Part shown: in pieces, positions 28,386 to 37,581 of the stretch
How positions within the stretch are numbered: position 1 is the first letter of the stretch
How the letters are laid out: each line of letters opens with the position of its first letter
Source of the DNA: a virus
Reading direction: 5' to 3' (one strand)
IMG/VR virus record: IMGVR_UViG_3300043424_000514
Location: 1-64,000 of that record
Length of the DNA: 64,000 nucleotides
Made by a program: the position numbers and the translations under genes
The notes under the pieces: model-generated
The model's database searches: none
What the model saw: the letters and a program-made list of their open reading frames with translations, nothing else
What the model was told of the DNA's origin: nothing

Positions 28386-28564
28386 CGCAACCTCTTGAAA
28401 ATTGTCTGTTGACTTTGCGGGATTGCAGGGTTATTACATTCCTGACGCTGCTTGCAGGCGGTAACTGCATGGACATTACTTGCGTGTAATTCCGATCCCC
28501 GCACGGAAAAAACGAACGAGGTGTAACAACCTCACAACCTCAACTTTTTGTTTTTTCTAATCCT

Positions 28565-29896
28565 ATGGCAGCACTACAAAACATCGAACAACTTTTCGTG
28601 GAGTGGGGCGGTTTGATCCGCAACAATGTCGCGAAGAACATCGTAACCTCCGACTTCTACCTCAAATATCTTCCTAAAGATAAGTGGGTGGATGGTCAGG
28701 GCAACCAAGTCAGCTATCCTATTTTCGAGCGTTCGCTTTCCAGCGCCGCGGTCTCGACTCCAGGTGGCGTGATTTTTGAGAACTGGACCTCCTCGGGCGG
28801 CGATGGCGACAACGCCACCAAGAGCGGCACTTACACCGCTTCCCCGAACAACTCCAACCTCGTTGGAGCCAATGGCGGTTCTCTCTCCCGCAGCGGTATG
28901 CTCGGCGGCGGAAGCCACATCGTCGGTCAAAAGATCGACAGCTTCGGCGTGACCGTTCGCACCATGTCGCTCAAAAAGGCGGCTCTCAACAGCCCCGACA
29001 TCAACCTCGATGACCTCCAATTCGCTTGGCAGGTCGAGGACCAGGTCAAGAATGTGATCCGTGTCCTTTCCGAGAACACCAAGTATGTCTGGACCAACAC
29101 CTACCAGGACGAGTATGTCAACGCCTGCGGACAAAAATCCGTGGCGGTTGCCAACTTCGACCCCACCACGACCGACTTCGCGGCCACTCCGGCGACCTCG
29201 AAGCTCACCTGGGGCATCCTCGAAGCGATCTACGAGCAACTCGGCTACAACGGCGGGTCGATCAACCCGTTCGCCCGCGTGGACGAGATGACTCCGATCT
29301 ATGCCGCTGTCGGCGAGCGTTACACCTTCTCGGACCTCAAGCGCCAAGACGCCAATGTCCGCGACGACTTCCGCTATGCCTACATGGGCAACGGTGACAG
29401 CAACCCGATGCTTTCGGCCCCAGGGCTGAACGCCATCTACCGTGGCTTCAAGTTTTTCACGGTTGAGTTGCCTCCTCGCTACACCTTCGACGCTGTGGCT
29501 GGTGACTGGGTCCGCGTGTTCCCCTACGAGCCCATCGCGACTTCGCGTGGTATGCGTTGGGAGATCAGCGCCGCCTACAAGGCCGCTCCTTACACCGACA
29601 CCGTGATCTACCACCAGGATGTGATGAAAGTCCTCACTCCTTCGCCCCGCACCAGCAAGGGCGGCATGACCTACAACCCTGCTTATAGCTGGGCTGGCGA
29701 GTTCGTGTGGAGGAACATCCCTGACCGCGAGAGCAACATCGACGGCAACACCGGCTTCTTCCGTGCGCTCTACGCCTACGGCTCGAAAGTCGAGCGCCCC
29801 GAGTTGGGCTTTGTGGTCCGCCACCTCCGTTGCGTGGATCGTGCGAACGATCTCACCGACTGCGACGGCGACCATGTCTGCCCTCCGGCTCCTTGA
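28565..29896 (+). CDS. major capsid protein
   Basis: 443 aa after scaffold, strong C-ending codon bias, flanked by promoter-like leader and hairpin. Confidence 0.8.
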   Translation: MAALQNIEQLFVEWGGLIRNNVAKNIVTSDFYLKYLPKDKWVDGQGNQVSYPIFERSLSSAAVSTPGGVIFENWTSSGGDGDNATKSGTYTASPNNSNLVGANGGSLSRSGMLGGGSHIVGQKIDSFGVTVRTMSLKKAALNSPDINLDDLQFAWQVEDQVKNVIRVLSENTKYVWTNTYQDEYVNACGQKSVAVANFDPTTTDFAATPATSKLTWGILEAIYEQLGYNGGSINPFARVDEMTPIYAAVGERYTFSDLKRQDANVRDDFRYAYMGNGDSNPMLSAPGLNAIYRGFKFFTVELPPRYTFDAVAGDWVRVFPYEPIATSRGMRWEISAAYKAAPYTDTVIYHQDVMKVLTPSPRTSKGGMTYNPAYSWAGEFVWRNIPDRESNIDGNTGFFRALYAYGSKVERPELGFVVRHLRCVDRANDLTDCDGDHVCPPAP

Positions 29897-29914
29897 TTAG
29901 GTAAGCCTCAAACC

Positions 29915-29946
29915 CCGCCTCCGGTTCCCTAGGGGATCGGGGGCGG
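29915..29946 (+). terminator. GC-rich hairpin after capsid gene
   Basis: CCGCCTCCGGTTCC-CTAG-GGGATCGGGGGCGG; weak T tract. Confidence 0.55.
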
Positions 29947-29986
29947 TCTTGAGGTTTGACCAACACATCAAACCCGACCAACCCAC

Positions 29987-30238
29987 ATGATTAAATTCCC
30001 GATGCCGGAAGGCTACACACTCCCCGAGGGGGCCGACAAAGGCACCTTCGAGGCCCTTGCAACTTTGGAAGTCGATGGCGAAAACCTCGTGCTCACCGCG
30101 ATCGACGGCCTCCCCGTCGGCGGCGAGGGTGATGAATCGAAGGAGACGGACGAAGAAGACGAAGCCTACGCCGAGGCCACCAACCCCGACACAGGGGATT
30201 TCCAAAAGGCCATGGCGATGGGCATGATGGGACGGTAG
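29987..30238 (+). CDS. acidic hypothetical protein
   Basis: 83-aa ORF with genome-like codon usage. Confidence 0.65.
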   Translation: MIKFPMPEGYTLPEGADKGTFEALATLEVDGENLVLTAIDGLPVGGEGDESKETDEEDEAYAEATNPDTGDFQKAMAMGMMGR

Positions 30239-30244
30239 TTCTCC

Positions 30245-32455
30245 ATGATCGCCGACAAGCTCAGGCTCGTAGATGGGTTTCGAGGGCTTCCCGGCGGAAT
30301 GGACGGGAGCCAAGACCCTGTCTTGACGCCCGAGACTTCGGTTTACTACGCCGAAAATGTGGTCTTCCGCGGAGGGGCGGGGCCAAGGACGCGCCCTGGG
30401 TTTCATTATGTGGACCTCTTCGGCACTTTCACCGCCATCAACGGCGGAACGGGGCTTCTGACAGGAGCCACGGTCGTTCAATGCGCGACGGTCTTCAACC
30501 CTCCGAACCGCGAGCCCGTGATGGTCTTTGTGGCGGACGGCAATGTGATCGCGGTCGATCTGGTCGGGAAGGAAGTGACCTATGTGAACACCGACCAAAA
30601 CAACGCCATCGTGCCGGTCTTCACGAACCGCACGAACCCGTGCTACGCCTGCCAAGTCGAAGAGTTCTTGGTGATCCAAGATGGGGTTTCGACGCCTCGG
30701 GTTTTGGTTTTTACCGACTCCACAACGATGCGGTTGAATCTAGCGACCTATTATTCGGCAGAGACGCCGATCCCAACTGGGAAGCAGATGGCTTACGGGC
30801 ATGGGCGGTTGTTTGTGACCACTCCGAACGGGCGGGAAATCACAGCGGGCGACATCGCTTTTGGCGGAAGCCTGACCTCGAAGGACATCGTCTCCTCCTC
30901 CGACGACGACCAAGTCGTCATCACGACCGCGACGGCGCATGGCTGGAATGTCGGCGACTATGTGACGATCTCGGGGCATAGTTCGCTCCCCGCGATCAAC
31001 GGCACTTTCAAAATCGAATCCAAGCCCGCGACTGACAAGTTCACGATCGCAGCAGCGGTCGGCGTGCCAGGCTCGGGCGGGCAGGCGACGAAGTTCAATG
31101 CAGGCACTTCCTCCGACGCGCTCAATTTCAGCGAAAACACTTTTATCAACGAGGGCGGGAATTTTGTGATCCCGCTGGAGATGGGGCCTGTGAAGACGAT
31201 GGAGTTCCTCCCGATCCAGGATGTGAGCACGGGGCAGGGCGACTTGATTGTCTTTGGCGAACGGGCGGCGACGAGTTTCGCGGTCTCCACGCCGCGCACG
31301 CAATGGAAGGAGACGGCAGGGTTCCAGCGGGTGCTGTTCTCCAACATCGGCTCACTGGCCGAGACAACCTGCACGATCAACGGCGACATCTTTTTCCGTT
31401 CTCGCGAGGGGAATGGCATTCGCTCCTACCGCAATGCGAGGGCGGAGTTCAGTTCCTTCGGGCAGACGCCAATCTCCGCCGAGATGGACCCGATCTTTGA
31501 CAAAGAGGATTTGAGCAAGCTCTCCCGCGTCTCGATGATTTATTTCGACGACCGTCTGCTTATGACCTGCAAGCCTGCCACGGTGGATGGGCGGCAGGTC
31601 TACCGCGGAATCACGGCGATGGATTTCCGCCCCGTGTCGGCCAACAGTGGCAAAGGGTATGCGATCTACGATGGCGTGTGGGGCGGGCTGCAAGTGGTGA
31701 CGCTGCTCACGGGGGTATTCAACGACACGCCCCGCGCTTTTGCCCTCTGCTACCACGGCGACGACATCGACCAGCATCAACTCTGGGAGATTACGAAGAA
31801 CGAAGTTCAAGACAAAAATTCCTATCAAGGTAACGAGTATCGCTTCATCCGCTCGCTGGTGCTGACGAAAGCCTACGATTTCAAATCCCCCTACTCGGAA
31901 AAGAAACTCATCCACGGTGATCTGTGGTTCAGCGAGGTGGGCGGGTGGAGCCAGGAGAATAAAAAATTCACCGCCGACTTGAAATTCCGGCCTGACAACA
32001 ACCCCAACTGGACGGATTGGGGTGACTGGGAACTTTGTTTTTCGGAGGACAACCCAAACGATCCGGGCGATGAACCTAGGGCGCTCCGGGGATACGCGCC
32101 ACAACTTCGCGCCGTGGTGCCCGAGGTGACGACCAATGACTTCACCGACCGCACGATCGGGCGTGGGTATGACTTCAAGCTGCGCGTCGAATGGCGCGGG
32201 CGGGCGAAGCTGGAAAAACTCCTCGTTCACTCTTTGCAACTCGTCGAGCCCGTGGGCGCTGGGGTGCAACGCGACACGGGGGGCTGCGTTTTGGTTTTGC
32301 CCGACAGCGTCGAGGAGACTTTGGAAAACACCTACAAGGCGTGGGAGCCCGACGGGCAGACGCTCGACTACTTCATTCAACTCACAACCGGCGGCGTGGA
32401 CTACCTCTCCACTGAAACCGGCGGTTTACTCATCGGCTACCAGAAATACATCTAA
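30245..32455 (+). CDS. tail nozzle / DNA stabilisation protein (P22 gp10 / T7 gp12-like)
   Basis: 736 aa beta-rich, ENV.FRGG..RTRPG start, HGWNVGDYVTISG insert; position after capsid. Confidence 0.65.
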   Translation: MIADKLRLVDGFRGLPGGMDGSQDPVLTPETSVYYAENVVFRGGAGPRTRPGFHYVDLFGTFTAINGGTGLLTGATVVQCATVFNPPNREPVMVFVADGNVIAVDLVGKEVTYVNTDQNNAIVPVFTNRTNPCYACQVEEFLVIQDGVSTPRVLVFTDSTTMRLNLATYYSAETPIPTGKQMAYGHGRLFVTTPNGREITAGDIAFGGSLTSKDIVSSSDDDQVVITTATAHGWNVGDYVTISGHSSLPAINGTFKIESKPATDKFTIAAAVGVPGSGGQATKFNAGTSSDALNFSENTFINEGGNFVIPLEMGPVKTMEFLPIQDVSTGQGDLIVFGERAATSFAVSTPRTQWKETAGFQRVLFSNIGSLAETTCTINGDIFFRSREGNGIRSYRNARAEFSSFGQTPISAEMDPIFDKEDLSKLSRVSMIYFDDRLLMTCKPATVDGRQVYRGITAMDFRPVSANSGKGYAIYDGVWGGLQVVTLLTGVFNDTPRAFALCYHGDDIDQHQLWEITKNEVQDKNSYQGNEYRFIRSLVLTKAYDFKSPYSEKKLIHGDLWFSEVGGWSQENKKFTADLKFRPDNNPNWTDWGDWELCFSEDNPNDPGDEPRALRGYAPQLRAVVPEVTTNDFTDRTIGRGYDFKLRVEWRGRAKLEKLLVHSLQLVEPVGAGVQRDTGGCVLVLPDSVEETLENTYKAWEPDGQTLDYFIQLTTGGVDYLSTETGGLLIGYQKYI

Positions 32456-33048
32456 TGGCAAACTCGACAATCAACGGACTCTCGGAAGTCACAACCCTCG
32501 CAACGAACGATCAGTTCGTGGTCTGGGCGACTTCGGCAAACGGAACGCGAAAAGTCAAAGGGGAGAACCTCGACAAGCTGATCTTCCGGCAACGGTCGGC
32601 GGCGACCGATCCTTCGGGAAAGATCGTCCCCATTGTTTCTTATGCGGGCGGAGTTCCGGTGGTGGAGGGAATCACTTTTGAAAATTTCACTGCCCCGCTA
32701 GGCATCGCCGACAACGCTGTGACATCCGCGAAGCTCGCGCCTTCGGTTCGCGTGAACGCTTGGGCGAAAAAAACCGCCAACTACACGGCTATCGCGTGCG
32801 ACCGGATTGCGGCGGATACGACAGCGGGGGCTTTCACGATCACGCTCCCCGCCAGCCCTGCCGCGTTGGATTGGGTGCTGATCTCCGACATCGCGCAAAA
32901 ATGGGGCACCAACAATTTAACGGTAGCTCGAAACAACAGCCTCATCAACGGGCTGGCGGAGAACCTCGTTTGTGACACCACAGGGGAAATACTGCTGCGC
33001 TACGAAGGAACTACTCAAGGCTGGAGGGTTTTTGCTTATGGCTACTAG
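32455..33048 (+). CDS. short tail fibre protein
   Basis: IADNAVTSAKLA and C-terminal domain homologous to fibre 13707. Confidence 0.7.
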   Translation: MANSTINGLSEVTTLATNDQFVVWATSANGTRKVKGENLDKLIFRQRSAATDPSGKIVPIVSYAGGVPVVEGITFENFTAPLGIADNAVTSAKLAPSVRVNAWAKKTANYTAIACDRIAADTTAGAFTITLPASPAALDWVLISDIAQKWGTNNLTVARNNSLINGLAENLVCDTTGEILLRYEGTTQGWRVFAYGY

Positions 33049-34666
33049 CTTTCAAGCCGCCAAAGCGGCGCTCGCGCCGTATGTGGACAACGGGATTGAC
33101 CCAGAGAATGCCCGCGTCACGGCAAGGATCAATGAGGCCCAGCGCCGGTTGATCGACCACTACAACTTTCTCTCCCGCCGCGAGGAGTTGGAGAAGGACC
33201 CGTTGGTCTATGTAGAAAATGGAACCAGTGGATACCTCACCCTTGATGATCTCGACGCGACCAAGGTGATGATCCTCGCCCTATGGCGCGAGGAGAACAA
33301 CGAACTGGAAATTGCGACAGGGCTGGAGCAAAAGGCTCTGGCTTTTGTGGAGCGCAATCTCATGGCCGAGGTGCAACGCGCCCGCCGCGTCGTCACAGGC
33401 GAAGTGGGGCGGCTGCACAACGAGCTTCCCGAGGGGTTGAAATTCTCGACTTCGCGGTTGACGACTTTGCTCGGGCAGGCGGCGACGGAGGCAACGGCTC
33501 ATTTGGAGTTCCTCCAAAGACGCGAGGAATTTGAGGGGCCGACTTTGACAGCCTCTTTCGAGGTGAGGAAAAAACTCGTCGAATCCTACCTCGCCACTTC
33601 CCAAGCGGCAGTCGAGCCTGCGATGGCGCTTAAAAAAGACGCGCTCGATCTGCTCGAACGCGACACGATCGCGGCGGTTCACCAACTCCGCAAAGCCACC
33701 ACGGGCGAGGTGGGGCGGCTGCACAACGAGCTTGCCACAGGGTTGAAGGTGCCGACTTCGCGCATGACGACCCTGCTGAACCAGGCTGTGAATGATGCGA
33801 TCGCCCATCAGAAATTCCTGCAAAAGCCGGATGACGACGACTTCGCCGCGCCGCCGATCACTTTTGAAATCAAGCGGGCGCTCGTGGAGAGTTATCTGGC
33901 CGCGATGGAGGGAGCCGCAGAGGTCGCCCTAGGGTTGAAGAAAACCGCGCTCGACCTGATCCAGCGCGATGTGGAGGCGCACGACCAGACGCTCCGCCGC
34001 ACCACACGCTACGATCTCTCGCTCACCTCGCCGAACAGCTTCGGCTACCACTGGGGCCGCGTGGGGCTGGGCTTCGAGAACTCGCTCACCTTTTCCAACA
34101 ACGCGATCAAGCGGGCGGTGACGAGCGCCGAGGAATCCCTGATGAACTCTGGCAAGTGGGTCGGCACGATTGCCGAATACACCTTGACCCTCTCGAACTC
34201 CGGCGAGGTTTTTCTCCCCAGGGAAATCGAGACTGTGCTGTTCGTCTCCTTCGACGGCGACCCGCGCCCCGTCCACGATCGGTTCGCCGAATACATGACC
34301 GGCGGCACCGGCATCCGCACGACGGAGAACCCTGGGCGCAGTGGCTTCTCCGACCTTGGCGACTCGGTGGACTCCGTGGATGGCAAGACGAAACGAAAAT
34401 ACTTTGTGACTGTGCCACAGGAGGACAAGGCGACCGTGATCCGCTACCTCGCCAAACGCCGTTTCGTGCCGCACACGAGCGATTCGGAGCCCATGTATCT
34501 GAACAACTACGAGGCGATCGCCCAAGCGGCGATGGCGATTCTGACCAACGGGCAGCAAGGGAACTTTGAAGCGGCGAAGCAACTCCTCGCCGCGCAGGTT
34601 TACCAGCAATACTTCAAGCCACAACTTTATGGGGTTCACAACAAACCTGTCCTTGCCTTGCGCTAG
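33038..34666 (+). CDS. putative head-tail adaptor with internal ~102-aa repeats
   Basis: RINEAQRRL start; duplicated TGEVGRLHNEL; ATG 33038. Confidence 0.55.
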   Translation: MATSFQAAKAALAPYVDNGIDPENARVTARINEAQRRLIDHYNFLSRREELEKDPLVYVENGTSGYLTLDDLDATKVMILALWREENNELEIATGLEQKALAFVERNLMAEVQRARRVVTGEVGRLHNELPEGLKFSTSRLTTLLGQAATEATAHLEFLQRREEFEGPTLTASFEVRKKLVESYLATSQAAVEPAMALKKDALDLLERDTIAAVHQLRKATTGEVGRLHNELATGLKVPTSRMTTLLNQAVNDAIAHQKFLQKPDDDDFAAPPITFEIKRALVESYLAAMEGAAEVALGLKKTALDLIQRDVEAHDQTLRRTTRYDLSLTSPNSFGYHWGRVGLGFENSLTFSNNAIKRAVTSAEESLMNSGKWVGTIAEYTLTLSNSGEVFLPREIETVLFVSFDGDPRPVHDRFAEYMTGGTGIRTTENPGRSGFSDLGDSVDSVDGKTKRKYFVTVPQEDKATVIRYLAKRRFVPHTSDSEPMYLNNYEAIAQAAMAILTNGQQGNFEAAKQLLAAQVYQQYFKPQLYGVHNKPVLALR

Positions 34667-34697
34667 GGCATGGTGTAATAACAGCAAAGGTTATTAA

Positions 34698-35789
34698 ATG
34701 GAAACCCGATCCGAACGCCAATTTCTAATTCTAGGACAGCCTAGGTCCCGCACGGCGTGGCTTGCAAATTTCCTTACGCGGGGGGATTCCATTTGCCACC
34801 ATGAACTTAGCGGTCGTGGGCTGAATGCCGCCGCCATGGCCGCAGAGATGTCGAGGGGGGCTCGGTTCGTAGGGAACTCCGACAGCGCCGCGTCGCCAAT
34901 CGTAGCAGAGTTATTGAGGCTTTTGCCTGAGCTAAAGCTAGTCGTCATCAAGCGCCCTATGGAGGAAGTTTTATCTTCCTACCAAAAAGTTGCCGGAGAA
35001 AAGCTAGAAAAACTACGGTCTTTTTTGGAAATCAACCAAAAGATTTTGGAAGGCTTGGAGCCGCAGGCGCTTGTCGTAAATTTCCACTCACTGTCTTCTG
35101 CCGAGACGGCAAAGAAAATTTGGAACCATTGTCTCGGGGGCTACATGGAATTTCCTACGGACCAGTTTGATTTGTTGCGGACTCTGAATGTGCAAATGGA
35201 GCCGCAGTTCATTCGAGGTGCTTTGAGAGGCGGTATGGAACTCCCTGGTCGCGTGGCCCCGCTTACAGAAAAAGAAACGCAGTTATTGGCACTGGTGTTA
35301 GAGGCGCACGCTAAAAGCGCCCTCCGGCAGAACATTTCTACGACCACGGTTTTGCAATGCGCGGCGGGCAACGGCACCTTGACCAATAGCATTGCGGCAG
35401 GGCTGCTAACTCTGGGCGGAACCCACGCTCCTTTAGAGCAATCCTGCGAGGTGCTGATGGCTAGTAACCCCGTCGAAGGGGCTCGGCTACTCGTTGCCGA
35501 CGGTTACAAAGTTCCTGGCTGGGGCAACTCGTTTCATCGCGGAGAGCCCGACCCGTGCTGGGCTGAAGTCGATCAATGGCTCCAAGAGAATCGCCCAGAT
35601 TTGTATGCAAAAATTCAAGCCGTCACCGATTTTCTCCGCTCAACTGGAAAGCCTGTGATGCCAAACCCTTCGACCTACACCGCAGCCGCCGCTTTGGCAC
35701 TCGGAATCCCGCCTCGTTGCGCCGCTTTTTTGTTCATTCAAGGTCGTCTTTTGGAGTGGGTTAAAATTTTTATGAGAGGAGAAATCTAA
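34698..35789 (+). CDS. sulfotransferase-like P-loop domain fused to citrate-synthase-like domain
   Basis: GQPRSRTAWLANFL..CHHE; then NIST, AAGLLTLGGTH, KVPGWGN..DP, PN, LF..GR..W. Confidence 0.7.
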   Translation: METRSERQFLILGQPRSRTAWLANFLTRGDSICHHELSGRGLNAAAMAAEMSRGARFVGNSDSAASPIVAELLRLLPELKLVVIKRPMEEVLSSYQKVAGEKLEKLRSFLEINQKILEGLEPQALVVNFHSLSSAETAKKIWNHCLGGYMEFPTDQFDLLRTLNVQMEPQFIRGALRGGMELPGRVAPLTEKETQLLALVLEAHAKSALRQNISTTTVLQCAAGNGTLTNSIAAGLLTLGGTHAPLEQSCEVLMASNPVEGARLLVADGYKVPGWGNSFHRGEPDPCWAEVDQWLQENRPDLYAKIQAVTDFLRSTGKPVMPNPSTYTAAAALALGIPPRCAAFLFIQGRLLEWVKIFMRGEI

Positions 35790-35790
35790 C

Positions 35791-37110
35791 ATGGGCTTAA
35801 TCGCAGGAGCACTCGTTGGGGGCGCGGTGATCGCAGCCGGAGGAGCCGTCGCCGCAGGAGCCATGCAGGCCGACGCTACGAACAGGGCCAATGCCTCATC
35901 CGCCGCGGCCACCAAGAAATACATGAAGCTGGCCTCGGCGGAAGCCGAGCGGGGCTACGGCGACATGATGGCGGCGATCGGGAAGCTGGGGGGATCGCAG
36001 TCGGGGCTTTCAAACACTTACATCGACCGCACGGGAAAGCTCGTGGATCAATACGGGCAGCAAGTTAAAGAAGCCCTGGGGAATTTTCCTGATTACTTCA
36101 CCGGATGGAGTGGGGTCGTTGACAAAGCCGATCAAAATGTCACGGACTTTGAGACCCGCTCCCGAAATGTCATTAAGGAATCGGCGGATCAGACTTACGA
36201 TTACAACCTCGGAAGGTTCGACGATTTCACCAATTTCGCGACCCGACTGAGCGAGGAGAACCAGAAAATCCGGTTGAACCTTGCCAGAGCGGCGACCCCG
36301 CTCTTTGACGAGACCCGCTCGCAGATGGCGCTCAACGACCTCCAGCTAACCCAGGGAATCGTGCCCGCCTCGGTGCAAGCCGAGATCGAGCGTGCAGCCG
36401 CCCAACGCGCCCTAGGGGCGGGAACCGGCGCGGGGAGCCAACTTAAAAACAACCTGTCGATGCGTGACTTGGGGCTTTCCTCCATGGCGGGGATTCAGCA
36501 GGGGCAGCAGAATTTCCAAAACCGCCAGCTTCAAGATTACAACACGCTCGTCGCTGGAACGCAGGTCGGGGTCGAAAATGTTTACAACTGGATGGGGCTC
36601 AATACCAACAAGGTCATTGATGTCAATAACGAGAACAGTTGGAAGCTCTTTGAGGCCCAGAAAGTGCCGCTCGACTACAAGATGGTCGGGCTCAACACCG
36701 CGCTGGACAAGAGGTTCGACCTCGCCACGAACCAAGCGAGCTTCCTCCACACGACTTACTCCAATGTCTATGGGCAAGAGAGCGAGACGGCTCGCGCCAT
36801 GGCCGCGATGGAAGCGGCAGCAGCAGAGGCCCGCACGAATGCCAAACTCGGCATCGCGGGTCAAGGGCTCTCCAATGCTTACGCCAGCGCCAACCGCTCC
36901 ATGGCTTCGGGGCTCGCCAACGCGCAACTCGTGAGCAACGCCTCGTCGCAGATCGGCGGGTCTTTAATGGGATTTGGAATGGCGGGCATGACTGGAGGGG
37001 GGTCAGGAGGGTTTTCGTCTTACGGACAGATGACTCAACACACCGCCCCCGGCACAACGGGAAGCTATGTCCAGGGATCAGGGTGGGTTCCTAGGGCGAC
37101 AGCCGCTTAA
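35791..37110 (+). CDS. DNA ejection / pilot protein
   Basis: Gly/Ala hydrophobic N-terminus, Ala/Gln-rich helices; position before large internal proteins. Confidence 0.65.
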   Translation: MGLIAGALVGGAVIAAGGAVAAGAMQADATNRANASSAAATKKYMKLASAEAERGYGDMMAAIGKLGGSQSGLSNTYIDRTGKLVDQYGQQVKEALGNFPDYFTGWSGVVDKADQNVTDFETRSRNVIKESADQTYDYNLGRFDDFTNFATRLSEENQKIRLNLARAATPLFDETRSQMALNDLQLTQGIVPASVQAEIERAAAQRALGAGTGAGSQLKNNLSMRDLGLSSMAGIQQGQQNFQNRQLQDYNTLVAGTQVGVENVYNWMGLNTNKVIDVNNENSWKLFEAQKVPLDYKMVGLNTALDKRFDLATNQASFLHTTYSNVYGQESETARAMAAMEAAAAEARTNAKLGIAGQGLSNAYASANRSMASGLANAQLVSNASSQIGGSLMGFGMAGMTGGGSGGFSSYGQMTQHTAPGTTGSYVQGSGWVPRATAA

Positions 37111-37113
37111 TTT

Positions 37114-37581
37114 ATGAGAGGATTCGATGTTCCAATAATCAACCCCACCACAGGGGCCAGTGAATACGGGGCCAATCTCGCCCAGTGGGATTGGAAGCCT
37201 TTTGACACGGCCATGAAAGCGGCCAAGACGACCTACGACATGGTCCAAGGCAACAAGGAAGAAAAGCGCCAGCAGGAGGAGTTCGAGTTGGAAAAACTCC
37301 TCTTTCCTTCCAAGCAGAAGGCCGCAGAGCTTCAACTCACCAAGCTGCAAAGCGAGATCAACGAGAATAACGCTAGGGCCGAGGCTTTGTTAGGTCAGGC
37401 AGATGCGGATGGTTTGGCCGAATATGGTGGTTCGTTACACCCTGAACGCTATGCCCCTCTCGGCATCAATGCCCCGTCATCGGTATTCAGGCCATTCATT
37501 TCAAAACAAAAATCGTCTGCATCGTCCGACGCGGTTTCACTAAATCTGGGCACTAACGCAGCGCAATACTTCCCACAATAA
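37114..37581 (+). CDS. putative internal virion protein
   Basis: coiled-coil ORF in ejection cluster. Confidence 0.55.
   Translation: MRGFDVPIINPTTGASEYGANLAQWDWKPFDTAMKAAKTTYDMVQGNKEEKRQQEEFELEKLLFPSKQKAAELQLTKLQSEINENNARAEALLGQADADGLAEYGGSLHPERYAPLGINAPSSVFRPFISKQKSSASSDAVSLNLGTNAAQYFPQ

Noticed and set aside
24276-29875. Long minus-strand ORFs (24276..25859, 27093..28169, 28574..29875)
   Set aside because: Antisense shadows of portal, scaffold and capsid caused by codon bias; no recognisable motifs
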